A DNA stretch of 64,000 nucleotides, from contig NC_043006.1 in assembly GCF_006345805.1 (NCBI RefSeq), positions 2,790,001 to 2,854,000 of the forward strand, given 5' to 3'. Below, piece by piece: positions 1 to 12,512 of the stretch. The translations under genes were made by a program, and so were the position numbers. The notes beneath the pieces were generated by a model. The model did no database searches, had not been told where the DNA came from, and worked only from the letters and a program-made list of their open reading frames with translations. How positions within the stretch are numbered: position 1 is the first letter of the stretch; every line of letters begins with the position of its first letter. This DNA is from Octopus sinensis (Eukaryota).

Positions 1-99
1 CTAAATTCTCTTCATTTAACCTTCAGATGTAGTTGTTCTTTCGCTACAACAAATCTTTCCATTCCCTGGAACAAATAACCAATAACTAATCGTCGCTAT

Positions 100-136
100 T
101 TATACATACATATAACACACAAACACATTTATATAC

Positions 137-177
<41 letters not shown>

Positions 178-231
178 CACATATATACACGCACATACAT
201 ATGTATATACATACATATAACACACAAACAC

Positions 232-297
<66 letters not shown>

Positions 298-368
298 TAT
301 ATATATACAGACACCATGTATATATACACGCACATCCACATATGTATATACATTGGTATATACACACA
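100..368. repeat. Compound (TA)n/(CA)n microsatellite with an internal duplication
   Basis: (TA)n runs; TATACATACATATAACACACAAACACATTTATATA occurs at ~102 and again at ~206. Confidence 0.9.
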
Positions 369-1155
369 CGTTCGTGTGTGTTTATAAAGGAAAACAATTA
401 TAAACGTGGCAACTTGTTTTGTCTTTATTTCATCGTCATCCCTTTTTATCCTTAATTACTTTATCACAAGTCCAGGGCTGTGTAATTGCGTCATCGCTCA
501 AAGTGGTCAACTTTGTGATCATCTTTCCCAGCGGGGTGGGTGGGTCATTAAAATAAGCACCCGTAATACAGCGAGGCTCCATTTACCCATACCCTCATTC
601 CTATTATATATAAACAAATAATTTCCCAGAAATTCATTAAAGGATGTAGCGACGCTGAAGTTTTTTCTAGTTTTCACGAATGTCGTTAGTGAAACATAAA
701 CAACCACTTCCCATTCGTCTTCTTTCTTCTCGCTTGCGTAAAAAATATTCCTGCTCTCACAATGACATCTTGCAACTATATTTGTCTTCTCTCCACACAG
801 AAAATAAAAAATTCAAAAAAAGTTGAAGGGACTGAAGAATTAATTTCCTTCTCTGGATGGATGCTAATCGAATGGAAGTAACTTTCACATCGGAACCGAA
901 ATGAATCGTTACAAACGTAATTTTTAATTCACTTCACTTTTTTTCTTGTTTCAATTCTGCTCAGTTCCGAGTCTGTCCACCTCGTCATGGGTGACGGCAA
1001 AGCGACTTGGAATGATGAGATCTGAGTAAGGTGCCACTCGGTATTTTCCCGTCATCCCTGGCCAACCAGGAACCCTTGATGCTTCTTCACCAATCTTTTC
1101 GCTTCAGCTGTCTAAGCAAGCTTCAAGGTTACAAATCGTACACCGTAAAATTCAT

Positions 1156-1448
1156 TATATATATATATAATGTATGTATATATATATAATGTATATTATA
1201 TATAATGTATGTATATATATATATAATGTATATTATATATAATTGTATATATATAATAATGTAATATATATATGTATGTATATATATATAATAATGTATA
1301 TTATATATATATAATGTATGTATATATATATTTATATATATATATGTGTATATATAATTTATATATATATGTGTATATATATATAAAATGTGTATATATG
1401 TATATAATGTATATATATATATATATAAAATGTATATATATATATAAA

Positions 1449-1488
<40 letters not shown>

Positions 1489-2217
1489 TATATATTATAT
1501 AAATGTATATATTATATATATATATAATGTATATCGTTATATATATATGTATATTATATTATTTAATGTATATATATATAATGTATATATATATATATAT
1601 AATGTATATATATATATATATATATATAAACTTAGATATGTTTCGAATAAGATGGTCCAGGCCATGTCTAACTTAATACCATATATATAATGTATTAAAT
1701 ATATATATATATATATATTATATATAATATATATCTATATATATATATCTATATATATATAATGTAATATATAATGTATTATATGATATATATATATAAT
1801 GTATATACTTATATGATATATATATAATGGTATATATATATTAATGTATGTATATATATATATAATGTATATTATATATATATATATAATGTATATATAT
1901 ATATATATAATGTAATATATATATAATGTATATATATATAATGCATTATATATATATATATAATGTATATTATATATATATATATATATATATAATGTAT
2001 ATTATATATATATATATAATGTATATATATATATAATGTATATATATATATATAATGTATGTTATATATATATAATGTATATTATATATATATATATAAT
2101 GTATATATATATATATTGTATATATATAAAGTTATATTATATATGTATATATAATGTATGTATATATAATGTTATATTATATATATATATAATATATATA
2201 TATATATATACATATAT
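1156..2217. repeat. ~1 kb degenerate (TA)n / TATAATG microsatellite tract
   Basis: Almost only TA with recurring TAATG(TA) interruptions; source of the spurious YIYI ORFs. Confidence 0.95.
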
Positions 2218-2399
2218 GATGGATGGGTGTGTTGGGTGCAAAACAGTCGTTTCGCTTTCTTCGTCTCGGTCAACCGATTTATAATTTATTCCAGTTTAGA
2301 ATTGTTTCAACTCACAAATTCTCACTAGTTTCCTCAGTTTCTCTTTACTTTGGGAATTATTGCTGCCAAAGAGAGCTGAAAAAGGAGATAATGTATGTA

Positions 2400-2431
<32 letters not shown>

Positions 2432-3039
2432 CACGACACACAAGACGAATTGATTGATATTTCTGGTGGTGAGTTGTTGTTATTATTTAGCCCCAGGTCA
2501 AGCAGACCTATGGCCCAAATTATTACATCTGTGACTCTTTTTGAGTATATCTAGGATTACATGATCCGATGTGCCTGTTCTTCTTCTTTCTGTGGGGGTG
2601 GGGATTTTAAAAAAGAAAATCTGGTCGGGTGTGATTTGAGGGGAAATTTGGTTTGTTGTTCCTCTCAGCTCCAGCGACCATGTGAAGGCTTCTTCCTCAG
2701 TGAAGGTAGATGGTTTGATATGGATGACTAGAAAGACTAGTGAAGAATGTGTGTGGACGCGTAGAGTAAAGAGGGTGTCGGATTTATTTGCTCCATTTCG
2801 GTTGAGGGTGACGAAGCCCATGTTTTAGCGATGCCAGTGCACGTGTTTCCAACTGGCAAATGTGTTGTCTACGTTCAGTTTCTCTCCTCCTCCTCCTCCT
2901 ACCTCTCCTCCTCTTCCTCCAGACATTTGGCCAGATTTGGCTGGCTGGCTGCATGCGTGTGTGTGTGTAAGTGTGTGTGTGTGTATGTGTGTATGTGTGT
3001 GTGTAGAGCCACGTAAAAAGCACTGACTCACATCGCAGA

Positions 3040-3187
3040 TATGTTGTGCTATCAAGTTTTACTCTGTTACTCGTTCACTGTGGATGTTATATATTGACTG
3101 AATTCAGCCGCCCCCTCCCCCCCACCACCCTCTCGTTTAACCATCAACATCACCACGACGACGACGACCACCACCACCACCACCACC

Positions 3188-3219
<32 letters not shown>

Positions 3220-3360
3220 AACTATTGTCATCATCACCGTCAGCAGCACCTACTCCGATCACCACCTCCATCCATTACTTTTCTTTGTTTAAGGGCATTT
3301 CGGATACATGTGGAGTACAGTTGGTATGGCTGGATCTCGCTGAGCGACCGAGTGTGGCAG
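3040..3360 (+). other. Candidate non-coding first exon / 5' UTR ending at a splice donor
   Basis: Unique, GC- and CpG-richer island with CAG|GTAGAC at 3360/3361. The open poly-H/Q frame has no ATG. The start coordinate is a guess. Confidence 0.25.
3142..3219 (+). repeat. Trinucleotide cluster (CAC/GAC)n-(CAG)n
   Basis: caccacgacgacgacgaccaccaccac...cagcagcag seen directly, inside a GC-richer unique segment. Confidence 0.9.
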
Positions 3361-3447
3361 GTAGACATCATCATACATATATAAACGTATAAAAGCATAG
3401 ACACACGCACACACATACAGAGGCAGGCACACACACTGATCATATAT

Positions 3448-3491
<44 letters not shown>

Positions 3492-5399
3492 ATGAAATGT
3501 GATCATAATGTTTAGTTCCTCTATCTGTGAGATTTAGTATCTGTAGTTGCTTGTAATAATGAAAATTGCTTTCTTTGTCTCTCCTACAAATTCGAACATA
3601 AATAATGGGAAAGTCCTCTGAATAATGATATCCAAATTCTGTCCTCTCTTATTAATTGGGCTCTTATTTTCATCCTGGTCATTATTGTTATTTATATTTA
3701 TGTATTTTGAACCAGAACGTCTTTGACTTCTCTTATAATTGCCATTTGCTGTCTATGTGTGTCTGTTAATTATGTATTTAATTGACTCTGTTTTAAAAAC
3801 TAATCAAACTCTTGTATTTATTGTTATCAAATTGTTCCTGCTTTTACCGTTTTTTTAAGTATTTTAATAATTTACTGCATTAAAGAATATTAATTTAGAG
3901 ATCTCGGCTTGGTTGTGTGTGTGTGCGTTTGTCTACAATGAAGGTTCCACTTCTACGCCCAAAAGGACCTTCGATTCACTGCTTTCCTTTATTTTTTTTT
4001 TAATATTTTTTTTTATAATGAAAGTAGTTCTGTTGTCTGAACGGATTTTGGTTGTTTTCTGTGTATTTTCTCCTTTTTATGTTCACGATGTGAATGATTA
4101 TGTGTAATGTTTATTTATTAAACAGACTGATTCTTTAGCCAGAGGTGGGGGGAATATTCCATGCATCTGAAATAGAAATGAGAATCATTTCAAGAGCTTT
4201 GTCTGTGTGTCCCTACACAGTTGTCACCTGATGTAGAATTTCAAGTGTTTTTTCCCCCTTTTGGTGGATACATACTTCCTGGCTGGCTCTATTGCAGAAT
4301 AATTCGGGCAAAATAACGAAAGTAATGTATATTTCAAAGAATTAGGCTTCGTTTTCTATAGTGAAAGTAATGCGATTCGGTGAAGTTTCTAGTATTCAAG
4401 CCCTTCACTGTCTCGAAATAATAATAATAATAATATAAGTTTCTAATTAAAATCTGTTTTGTGTCAGTAGAATGACATCTTGACCCTTTTTTAAAAAAAT
4501 AGGAAAGCAACAGCATTCCGATTATTTAAAAAATATAAATTTTACTCATTTCTAATGTAGCTTACATTTGAATTGTATGGACATGTTTTGTCTGCAATTG
4601 TGATTGGAGTTTCACCATTAAAATTCGAAAAAGAGAAAAAAAACCCCAATAAACAGCATTTTAAATTTTGCTCAAGTAAAAACCGTTCTATTAATTCCAT
4701 TATTAAAGTGTTTTGCTTGGATATTCTACAATGGAGCCCAATTCCGTGAACTATATATATATAATGTGTATATATGTATACTTGTGAATTCTGCTGCCTT
4801 CTCTATATGACTGCACTGACCAAATGAGGAATCGTTTTTCTATTCTACATTTCCAGTGTTTTAGGCATTCGTGTTTATATATATTTGTATTCGTTTCTAC
4901 TGGATCTCGTGTTGATCCACCCGACGCATCTGGCTTTGAATATTATTCCGATGCGTATATCTATTTATTTGTCTGATAGTATACATCACACACACACATC
5001 TTTAGTCTGTGTGTGTGTGTGTGCATAGATAGATCCATACACACTTATCTATCTACCTACCTACACACACACAATCTGCCATCTACTCTGCACGTAAATT
5101 ATGGAATCGTGTCTAGCAATCTCTCCGTTTATTATTCTGCAGGCCTGTATGGACCGATTCCTCCATCCGTTTCCCCACTCATCAACCAATTACCTGTCTT
5201 ATGTACCCACTTGCTTTCTATTTGTTCATCTCCCTCTCTCTTTATCTATTGGTTTGTCTATCTAACCAGCTATTATCTCTCTCTCTACACTCTATTCACT
5301 TTATCTATCTGTCTATTTGCCTCTCCCTCTATCTTTTTCCTCATCTCCCTATCTATCTGCCAAATCTGTCCGTCTGTCTTTCTCATCTCATCGATCGAT

Positions 5400-5499
5400 G
5401 TGTGTCTGTCGTTCTGTCTGTCTGTCTGTGTGTCTGTCCGTCCGTCCGTCCGTCCATCTACCTACCCATCCATCCATCCATCCATCTATCCATCCATCC

Positions 5500-5558
<59 letters not shown>

Positions 5559-5599
5559 CGTCTGTCTATCTATTTATCTATCTTTATCTCTCTCTCTCT
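5400..5599. repeat. Tetranucleotide microsatellite gradient (TCTG > TCCG > TCCA > TCTA)
   Basis: Successive blocks differ by one base per unit. Confidence 0.9.
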
Positions 5600-5955
5600 A
5601 ATGTAACCATCGTCGTTTTGATGTCCACTTCTGCATGTTTCCATGTGTCTCACGGATTTCACTTTGGCGGATTTTGTTTGGCAAGATGCCCTTCCTATCG
5701 CCAACGCTCACATGATCCAAGTGCGATAATATCCCCCCTCCCCCATCCCCATCTGCTGGACACGTTTGAGAGGAGAACTAATCAACAACTCACAGTTTCT
5801 GTTGTGGCGGCGACATTTGTTTACAACTATTGCATAATAACAAGGCAAGCTGACACCAGCCACACACACACACACATTCGATAGATGTCAATTGGTCAAG
5901 ATGCCAAGCTATACGACTGAACCAGAATTCATGTGGTTGCAAGGAAACCTGCACC

Positions 5956-5956
<1 letters not shown>

Positions 5957-6021
<65 letters not shown>

Positions 6022-6340
6022 ATAATACAATATAATATAATATATATATATTCGAAACGTAAAAGACTTTTTCTATATATAATATATGTATGTATATAAT
6101 ATAATATGTATATATAATATAATATAATATAATCTATATATATAATATATATATATATATAATATATATATATATAATATATATATATGTATATATAATA
6201 TAATATAATATATATGTATATATATAATATAATATAATATATATGTATATATAAGATATATATATATATATATAATCTATATATATATAATATATATATA
6301 TGTATATATAATATAATATATATGTATATATAATATATAT

Positions 6341-6372
<32 letters not shown>

Positions 6373-6657
6373 ATATATAATCTATATATATATATTATAA
6401 TGTATATATATATAATATATATATATGTATATATAATATAATATAATATATGTATATATATAATATAATATAATATATATGTATATATAATATATATATG
6501 TATATATATAATATAATATAATATATATGTATATATAATATATATAGTATATATAATATATATATGTATATATATAATATAATATAATATATATGTATAT
6601 ATAATATATATATATATATAATATAATATAATATAGTATATATATATATATTATATA

Positions 6658-6721
<64 letters not shown>
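5957..6721. repeat. (TA)n / (TATAA)n tract
   Basis: Seen directly; abuts the SINE head at 6722. Confidence 0.95.
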
Positions 6722-7122
6722 GGCGCAGGAGTGGCTGTGTGGTAAGTAGCTTGTCTACCAACCACATGGTTCCGGGTTCAGTCCCACTGCGTGGCACCTT
6801 GGGCAAGTGTCTTCTACTATAGCTTCGGGCCGACCAAAGCCTTGTGAGTGGATTTGGTAGACGGAAACTGAAAGAAGCCCGTCGTATATATATATATATA
6901 TGCGTGTGTGTGTTTGTGTGTCTGTGTTTGTCCCCTAGCATTGCTTGACAACCAATGCTGGTGTGTTTATGTCCCCGTTACTTAGCGGTTCGGCAAAAGA
7001 GACCGATAGAATAAGTACTGTGCTTACAAAAAGAATAAGTCCCGGGGTCGAGTTGCTCGATTAAAGGCGGTGCTCCAGCATGGCCGCAGTCAAATGACAG
7101 AAACAAGTAAAAGAGTAAAAGA

Positions 7123-7125
<3 letters not shown>
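6722..7125 (+). mobile_element. tRNA-derived SINE, family A, full length
   Basis: Head GGCGCAGGAGTGGCTGTGTGG (A box) and GGTTCAGTCCC (B box); core CACCTTGGGCAAGTGTCTT; internal (TA)/(TG) repeat; tail GGTGCTCCAGCATGGCCGCAG...GAAAC plus (GTAAAAGA)n. Many further copies in the window. Confidence 0.9.
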
Positions 7126-7165
<40 letters not shown>

Positions 7166-7461
7166 ACACACACATAAACATTGATGTATGAATTTGTGTG
7201 TAATATTATATATATATATTATACACACACACACACACACATATATATATTATATATTTGTAATTTATATATATATATATATTGTATGTAATATGAATAT
7301 ATATGTAAATATATGTGTGACATATACATACATAACATATGTGTAAATAAATCATTTAAGATAGCTATATGTTTGTCTAACCCATGCTAGCATGGAAAAC
7401 GGATGTTAAAGCATCACTAATTTTGCATATGAATACATCTGTGTATACATTTATGTATATG

Positions 7462-7492
<31 letters not shown>

Positions 7493-7729
7493 ATAGTAAA
7501 GTAAATAAGAGGGCTAGCAGCAGGCTGCTTCGCCTCATACCAAAGGAATTAGAAATGGCAGTCAAAGACTGTTTTTTCCATTTTCTGTAAGTGGAGATTC
7601 CAAAAACGAAGGGCCGTGCGGCTCACATACACAAAACCGGAGTAGCAAATAGACGCAAACAGTCACTTACCGTTAATAACAAACATGTTTCTGGATCACA
7701 AACTCAGAAAAGTATACCATTTTTATTGC

Positions 7730-7769
<40 letters not shown>

Positions 7770-7821
7770 TATATATATACACAAATATATATATATATCT
7801 ATCTATATATACATACATATA

Positions 7822-8691
7822 CAGGGTGTGACTGGTAAATCATTGCCATTTTGTATTTTTAATTTCACACATGTGTGTTCTTTCTTTTTCATTTTGTTGA
7901 CAACACAGTATAGTAGGGTCAGTTGGGCATCGTCTGTGAGAGAACCAGCAGCATGACGCAATTCACTCTGCCAGAAATTCGGTAATGCCATGCTGTACTG
8001 CTTGGCAGTCACGCTTGAAGCTCCACTACAAACGGATAGTGAGCACACAGAACAACCTTTGGCTTGCCATGTCTCCAAAACATGTACCGAGAGGGATAAG
8101 AACTGGACATCCAGTGACCGTCATAGTGTTTGGAGTGACCATTAGTGACGGCGACATTATGCTTCCAATCATCTTCTCACATCGCCCCATACTCAACACA
8201 GAGTGCTTGGAGAAGCTAGTGCTGCCCCGGGTCAAGAGTTGGGGGTGGGCGTCAGCTGGAGGACCCTAGGTCAGGCAACAGGATTCTGCACCATGCCACA
8301 TGAACGGGAGAACCCAGTCCATGGCTGTCAGATAATTTCTGCGACCACACCAACCCTAACATCTGACCACATAACTCACCAGACTGCAACCCCTTGATTG
8401 TTATGTGTGGGGAGCAGTTGAATAAGGGACCAATAAAAGTCCTTGTAACACAAAAGATGGACTAAAGGCAAGGATTATGGCAGCTTTCACCAACTTAAGC
8501 AAGGAAACCATCCAGAAGTGTTGTAGGAGAATCTGAAGTTGTCTGGAGGCATTGGGGATTTTATTGTATCAATTTACTCTTTAGTATTTCAAAATATTTT
8601 TATGTAATTTTGGTAAATATTTCTGTTAAAACGAGATGTCAGTATCATTTTTATTTTCGTAATTTAGATGACAATATTTCTCAGTACTCTG
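7822..8691 (+). mobile_element. Internally deleted Tc1/mariner-superfamily transposon, DD37D (maT) type, with pseudogenised transposase
   Basis: TA-flanked imperfect TIRs (CAGGGTGT... / ...GTACTCTG). Fragments TQNNLWLA, HPVTVIVFGVTISDG, QQDSAPCH, NSPDCNPLD. I count 37 residues between the 2nd and 3rd Asp after correcting small frameshifts. Confidence 0.8.
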
Positions 8692-8774
8692 TATATAATG
8701 TGTGTATAAATGTATGTATGTATATATGAATATATATATATGTGTGTGTGTGTATGTGTATATATATATATATA

Positions 8775-8915
8775 GAATTTGATATAAAATATAAATTACA
8801 AAGTGGGACAAGAACGCAAAAACACACAAGGAGACGACACAAAAAACCGACGGGTCACTCGAAGCCTCCAATCTTCAGTCGGGAACCGGATCATCTTAGT
8901 GATTTCGGCTGTTTA
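8775..8915. mobile_element. Short interspersed repeat fragment, possibly a Penelope-like terminal repeat
   Basis: GC-richer island between microsatellites containing TCTTCAG and TTTCGGCTG. Family assignment from recall only. Confidence 0.25.
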
Positions 8916-8956
8916 AATATACACACACACACACACACGTACACATATATATATAT

Positions 8957-9335
8957 CATCATCATCATCATCGTCGTTTAACGTCTGCTTTCCATGCTGG
9001 GATGTGTTGGATGGTTTGACTGAGGACTGGCAAGCCAGGAGGCTGCACCAAACTCCCATCTGGTCTGGCAGAGTTTCTACAGCTGGATGCCCTTCCTAAT
9101 GCCAACAAATCTGAGAGTGTAGTGGGTGCTTCTAAGTGCCATCAGCACAAGGGCCAGTCAGGCGGTACTGGCAACAACCATGCTTGAATGTTGTTTTTCA
9201 CATGCCACCGGTGCATGTGCTGGTGAGGGGAATATGGCAGGGATCACGCTGGAATGGTGCTTTTTACGTGCCACCAGCACAGGAGGCAATCCATGGGCCC
9301 AGGAAACGATCATGCTTGGATGTTCTTTTAACGTT
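8957..9335 (-). mobile_element. RTE LINE 3' UTR fragment (5'-truncated)
   Basis: (CAT)n then CGTTTAACGTC...CTGGATGCCCTTCCTAATGCCAAC and repeated GGTGCTTTTTACGTGCCACC units; homologous to the 3' UTR of the RTE copy at 28165-28933. Confidence 0.85.
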
Positions 9336-9336
9336 T

Positions 9337-9702
9337 ATATATATATGTGTGTGTGTGTGTCTGTGTATGTATATATATATATATGGATGTATAAGTAAAT
9401 ATATCAATTTATATATATATATATATTATTATATATATATATTTAATGTATATGTATATGATATGTGTATGTATATACGTGTATCTATATATATATGTGT
9501 ATATATATATGTGTACATATATGTATATATATATATATATACATAATATATATATATATATACATGCATACATATGTATGCATATATATATAACATATAT
9601 ATACATATACTTACATACATATATATACATATATATATACACACATAATATATATATATATAATATATATATACATACATAAATATATATATATATACAT
9701 AC

Positions 9703-9733
<31 letters not shown>

Positions 9734-10083
9734 GCATACATATACATATATACATATGCATACATATATATATACATATATATGCATGTATATATATACA
9801 TATATATATATATATACATATATATGCATGTATATATATACACACATATATATATATATATACATATATATGCATGTATATATATATGTATATATACACA
9901 TACATATATATATATATACATATATGCATATATATATGTATATATACACTTACATATATATGCATGTATATATATATGCATATATATATACATATATATA
10001 TATATACACACACATATATACATGTATATATATATGCATATATATACACATATTTATACATATGTATATATATTTATATAGAC

Positions 10084-10114
<31 letters not shown>

Positions 10115-10143
10115 CATACACACACATACATATATATATATAT
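9337..10143. repeat. (TA)n/(TACA)n/(TGCA) compound microsatellite
   Basis: Seen directly. Confidence 0.95.
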
Positions 10144-10395
10144 GAGTTATCGAAAATATCAAGTCGAACAGAAACTGACCCTATAGGGTTCAAGAAGTCT
10201 TTGGACAGATTCCTTCAAGAAATCCCGGATAAACCCCCTACACCTGGATATGTCTCTGTAAACAATAACTCTCTACTTGAGTGGGCCATAGTGCCCAAAT
10301 TCTGACTTGAAAGACTTCACCAGGTGGTGCTATTAAGTTAGACATGGCCTGGGCCAATAATGGCCGAAACCTATCAAAGTATCAAAGTATCAAAG
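10144..10395 (+). mobile_element. CR1/L2-type LINE 3' end (ORF2 C-terminus, 3' UTR, (TATCAAAG)3 tail)
   Basis: Encodes [21 protein letters not shown]...NSLL*, homologous to FKSKLDLFLSRVRDEP...NSIL of the neighbouring LINE; ends in an 8-nt tandem tail as CR1-group elements do. Confidence 0.8.
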
Positions 10396-12303
10396 AACCT
10401 TAAAGCTATCATTAATCTGCCAAAGAAACAGCCTCAGTATGCCACAAGGTAGGACCCCTCTTCCAAAAAGATGGCTCCCTCACAGGAAGTTCCAGGAGGG
10501 TAAGTGAAATACTGAACAAACAGTTCCAAAGTGTGTTCAGTACATCGTTGGAACACAGGCAAGTGAACAAACCAGTGGAATTCTTTGCCACATTACCTAA
10601 AACCAAAGAGGTTAAAAATATTGAGTACCCAAACATTGAAGAAGAAGATGTAATTCTGGCCATAGATGAGATTGCCATAGACTCAGCAGCTGGCGTGGAT
10701 GGGTTTCCAGTGGTCCTGCCCAAATCATGCAAGCGAGCTCTTAGAAAGCCACTGCAGCTTCTCTCCCAGAACTTCCCTACAAGTGGTAAGCTCCCAGACA
10801 AACTGAAGGAAGGGATAATATGCCATATCCATAAGGGAGGACGCAGAGCAGATGCTAAAAATTATAGGCCTTTCTCTCTCTACCTCGCATATCAGTAAAG
10901 TCATGGAATGAATAGTCCACAAGAAACTAATCCCATTCCTGGAAGAAAATGACTTGCTGACAGACACCCAGCAAGGATTTCGTCCTGATGGGAGCTGTCT
11001 GACACAGCTCCTGCAACACTATGACTGGGTGTTAAAACAGCTGCTGAATGAGTCAAGCGTAGATGTGATATATCTCAACTTTGCAAAAGCCTTTGATGAA
11101 GTTGACCATGGTATGATCTGTCACAAACTGCGTGATATTGGTATATGTGGAAAACTTGGAGAATGACTGCACAACTTTCTAAAGGATAGACATCAAGCAG
11201 TAGTGGCCAGTGGAGCCACCTCCAAGGAAATGCAAATAGCAAGTGGTGTTCCACAGGGCACTGTCTTGGGGCTACTGCTGTTCATAGTAGCACACTCAGA
11301 CATGCCCTCAGCAGCTCAAATAGCCACCCTTGCTAGTTATGCAGATGACACAAAAGTCTCTCAGACAATACAAAATCCTGGATATATTGCACATCTGCAA
11401 CGGGAGTTGGACGCAATATACAGGTAGGCTGAGGACAACAACATGTAGTTTAATACCAGCACACAAAGCTCAACGACACGCAGACAGGATCCACTGGCCC
11501 AGGAGGAACTGAAATCCATGAATCAAAATCAGTGCATGACCTGGGCATTGACACGAGCAATGATGCCTCTTTCCAAGTGCACACCACCAATTTGATAATA
11601 AAATGCAGACGGCTGGCTGGCTGGATCCTCCAAACTTTCAAAACAAGAGAAAAGGAGACATTGATGATCCTTTGGAGGACATATGTTCTCAGCTGCTTAG
11701 ACTATTGCTCCCAACTATGGTCACCACACAATAAAAAATCCATGCTGGAACTCAAAGCAATCCAACGAAGCTACACTAAGAAAATCATCTTGATGCAACA
11801 TGTCAGCTACTGGGAAAGATATAAAGTATTAAAACTCTTCTCTCTGGAACGAAGGCGAGAGAGATATGCAGTGATATACATCTGGAAAATCCTAGAAGGC
11901 CTTGTACCAAACTTTGGCATTGATAATTACTCAAACTGCAGAATGGGGCACCACTGCATAGTGCCAAAGATCCTAGCATCGCCATCAAAATACAGGGCCA
12001 GATACTGCAACAGCTTGGGCTTCAAGGGCCCACAGCTCTTTAATAGCCTTCCAAAATGCCGGAGAGACCTGCATTGTGTGGATGTGTCTTTAAAACAAAA
12101 CTAGATCTCTTCCTGTTACAGGTTCCAGACAAGCCTACCTCACAGCAGGAAACACAGATGAGGGCAGCGGCATCAAACTCCCTCATTCACCAAATGCCAC
12201 ATATCAGAGGATGTTCCAAATAATGGTGTAGCTCAGCCAACAGTGGTGCTCCAGCATGACCGCAGCTTTAAAGCTGAAACAGTTTAAACTAGTTAAAGTA
12301 AAA
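10396..12303 (+). mobile_element. CR1/L2-type LINE, 5'-truncated, reverse transcriptase pseudogene
   Basis: Motifs AAGVDG, NYRP, QQGFRPDGS, NFAKAFDEV, SGVPQGTVLG, YADDTK, LDYCSQLWSP, LERRRERY across frameshifts and stops; 3' tail at 12241-12303. Confidence 0.93.
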
Positions 12304-12314
12304 TATATATATAA

Positions 12315-12363
<49 letters not shown>

Positions 12364-12394
12364 ATATATACATATGCATATATATATATATAAT

Positions 12395-12510
12395 TGCAGC
12401 GTGGAAGGTGTTTATAAGCCATTTAAGAAACACACAAAACCGTGAGATTTACTTCAACATTTAAATTTAATTTGTCAAAATATTTTCATCGCTTTGAGAC
12501 CGTGACCTGT
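12395..12510. mobile_element. Short repeat fragment between the two LINEs, possibly Penelope-like
   Basis: Distinct ~115 bp segment replacing the 3' UTR of the minus-strand LINE. Family assignment from recall only. Confidence 0.25.
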
Positions 12511-12512
12511 TA

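Noticed and set aside
950-1105. Minus-strand open frame SEKIGEEASRVPGWPGMTGKYRVAPYSDLIIPSRFAVTHDEVDRLGTEQN*
   Set aside because: Short, preceded by an in-frame stop, no convincing acceptor, unrecognised peptide.
3046-3384. Poly-His/poly-Gln ORF as a transcription-factor N-terminus
   Set aside because: No ATG in that frame and no recognisable domain; the trinucleotide repeats explain the composition.
8855-8915. Hammerhead ribozyme (CTGAAGA and CGAAA on the minus strand); similar hints at 6051-6075 and 12475-12510
   Set aside because: Core elements are in the wrong order or incomplete, and the three stems cannot be built by eye.
86-10162. Many long ORFs rich in Y/I, H/T, C/V or S/I/Y/L (e.g. 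5201-5884, 9429-10061)
   Set aside because: Translations of stop-free microsatellites.
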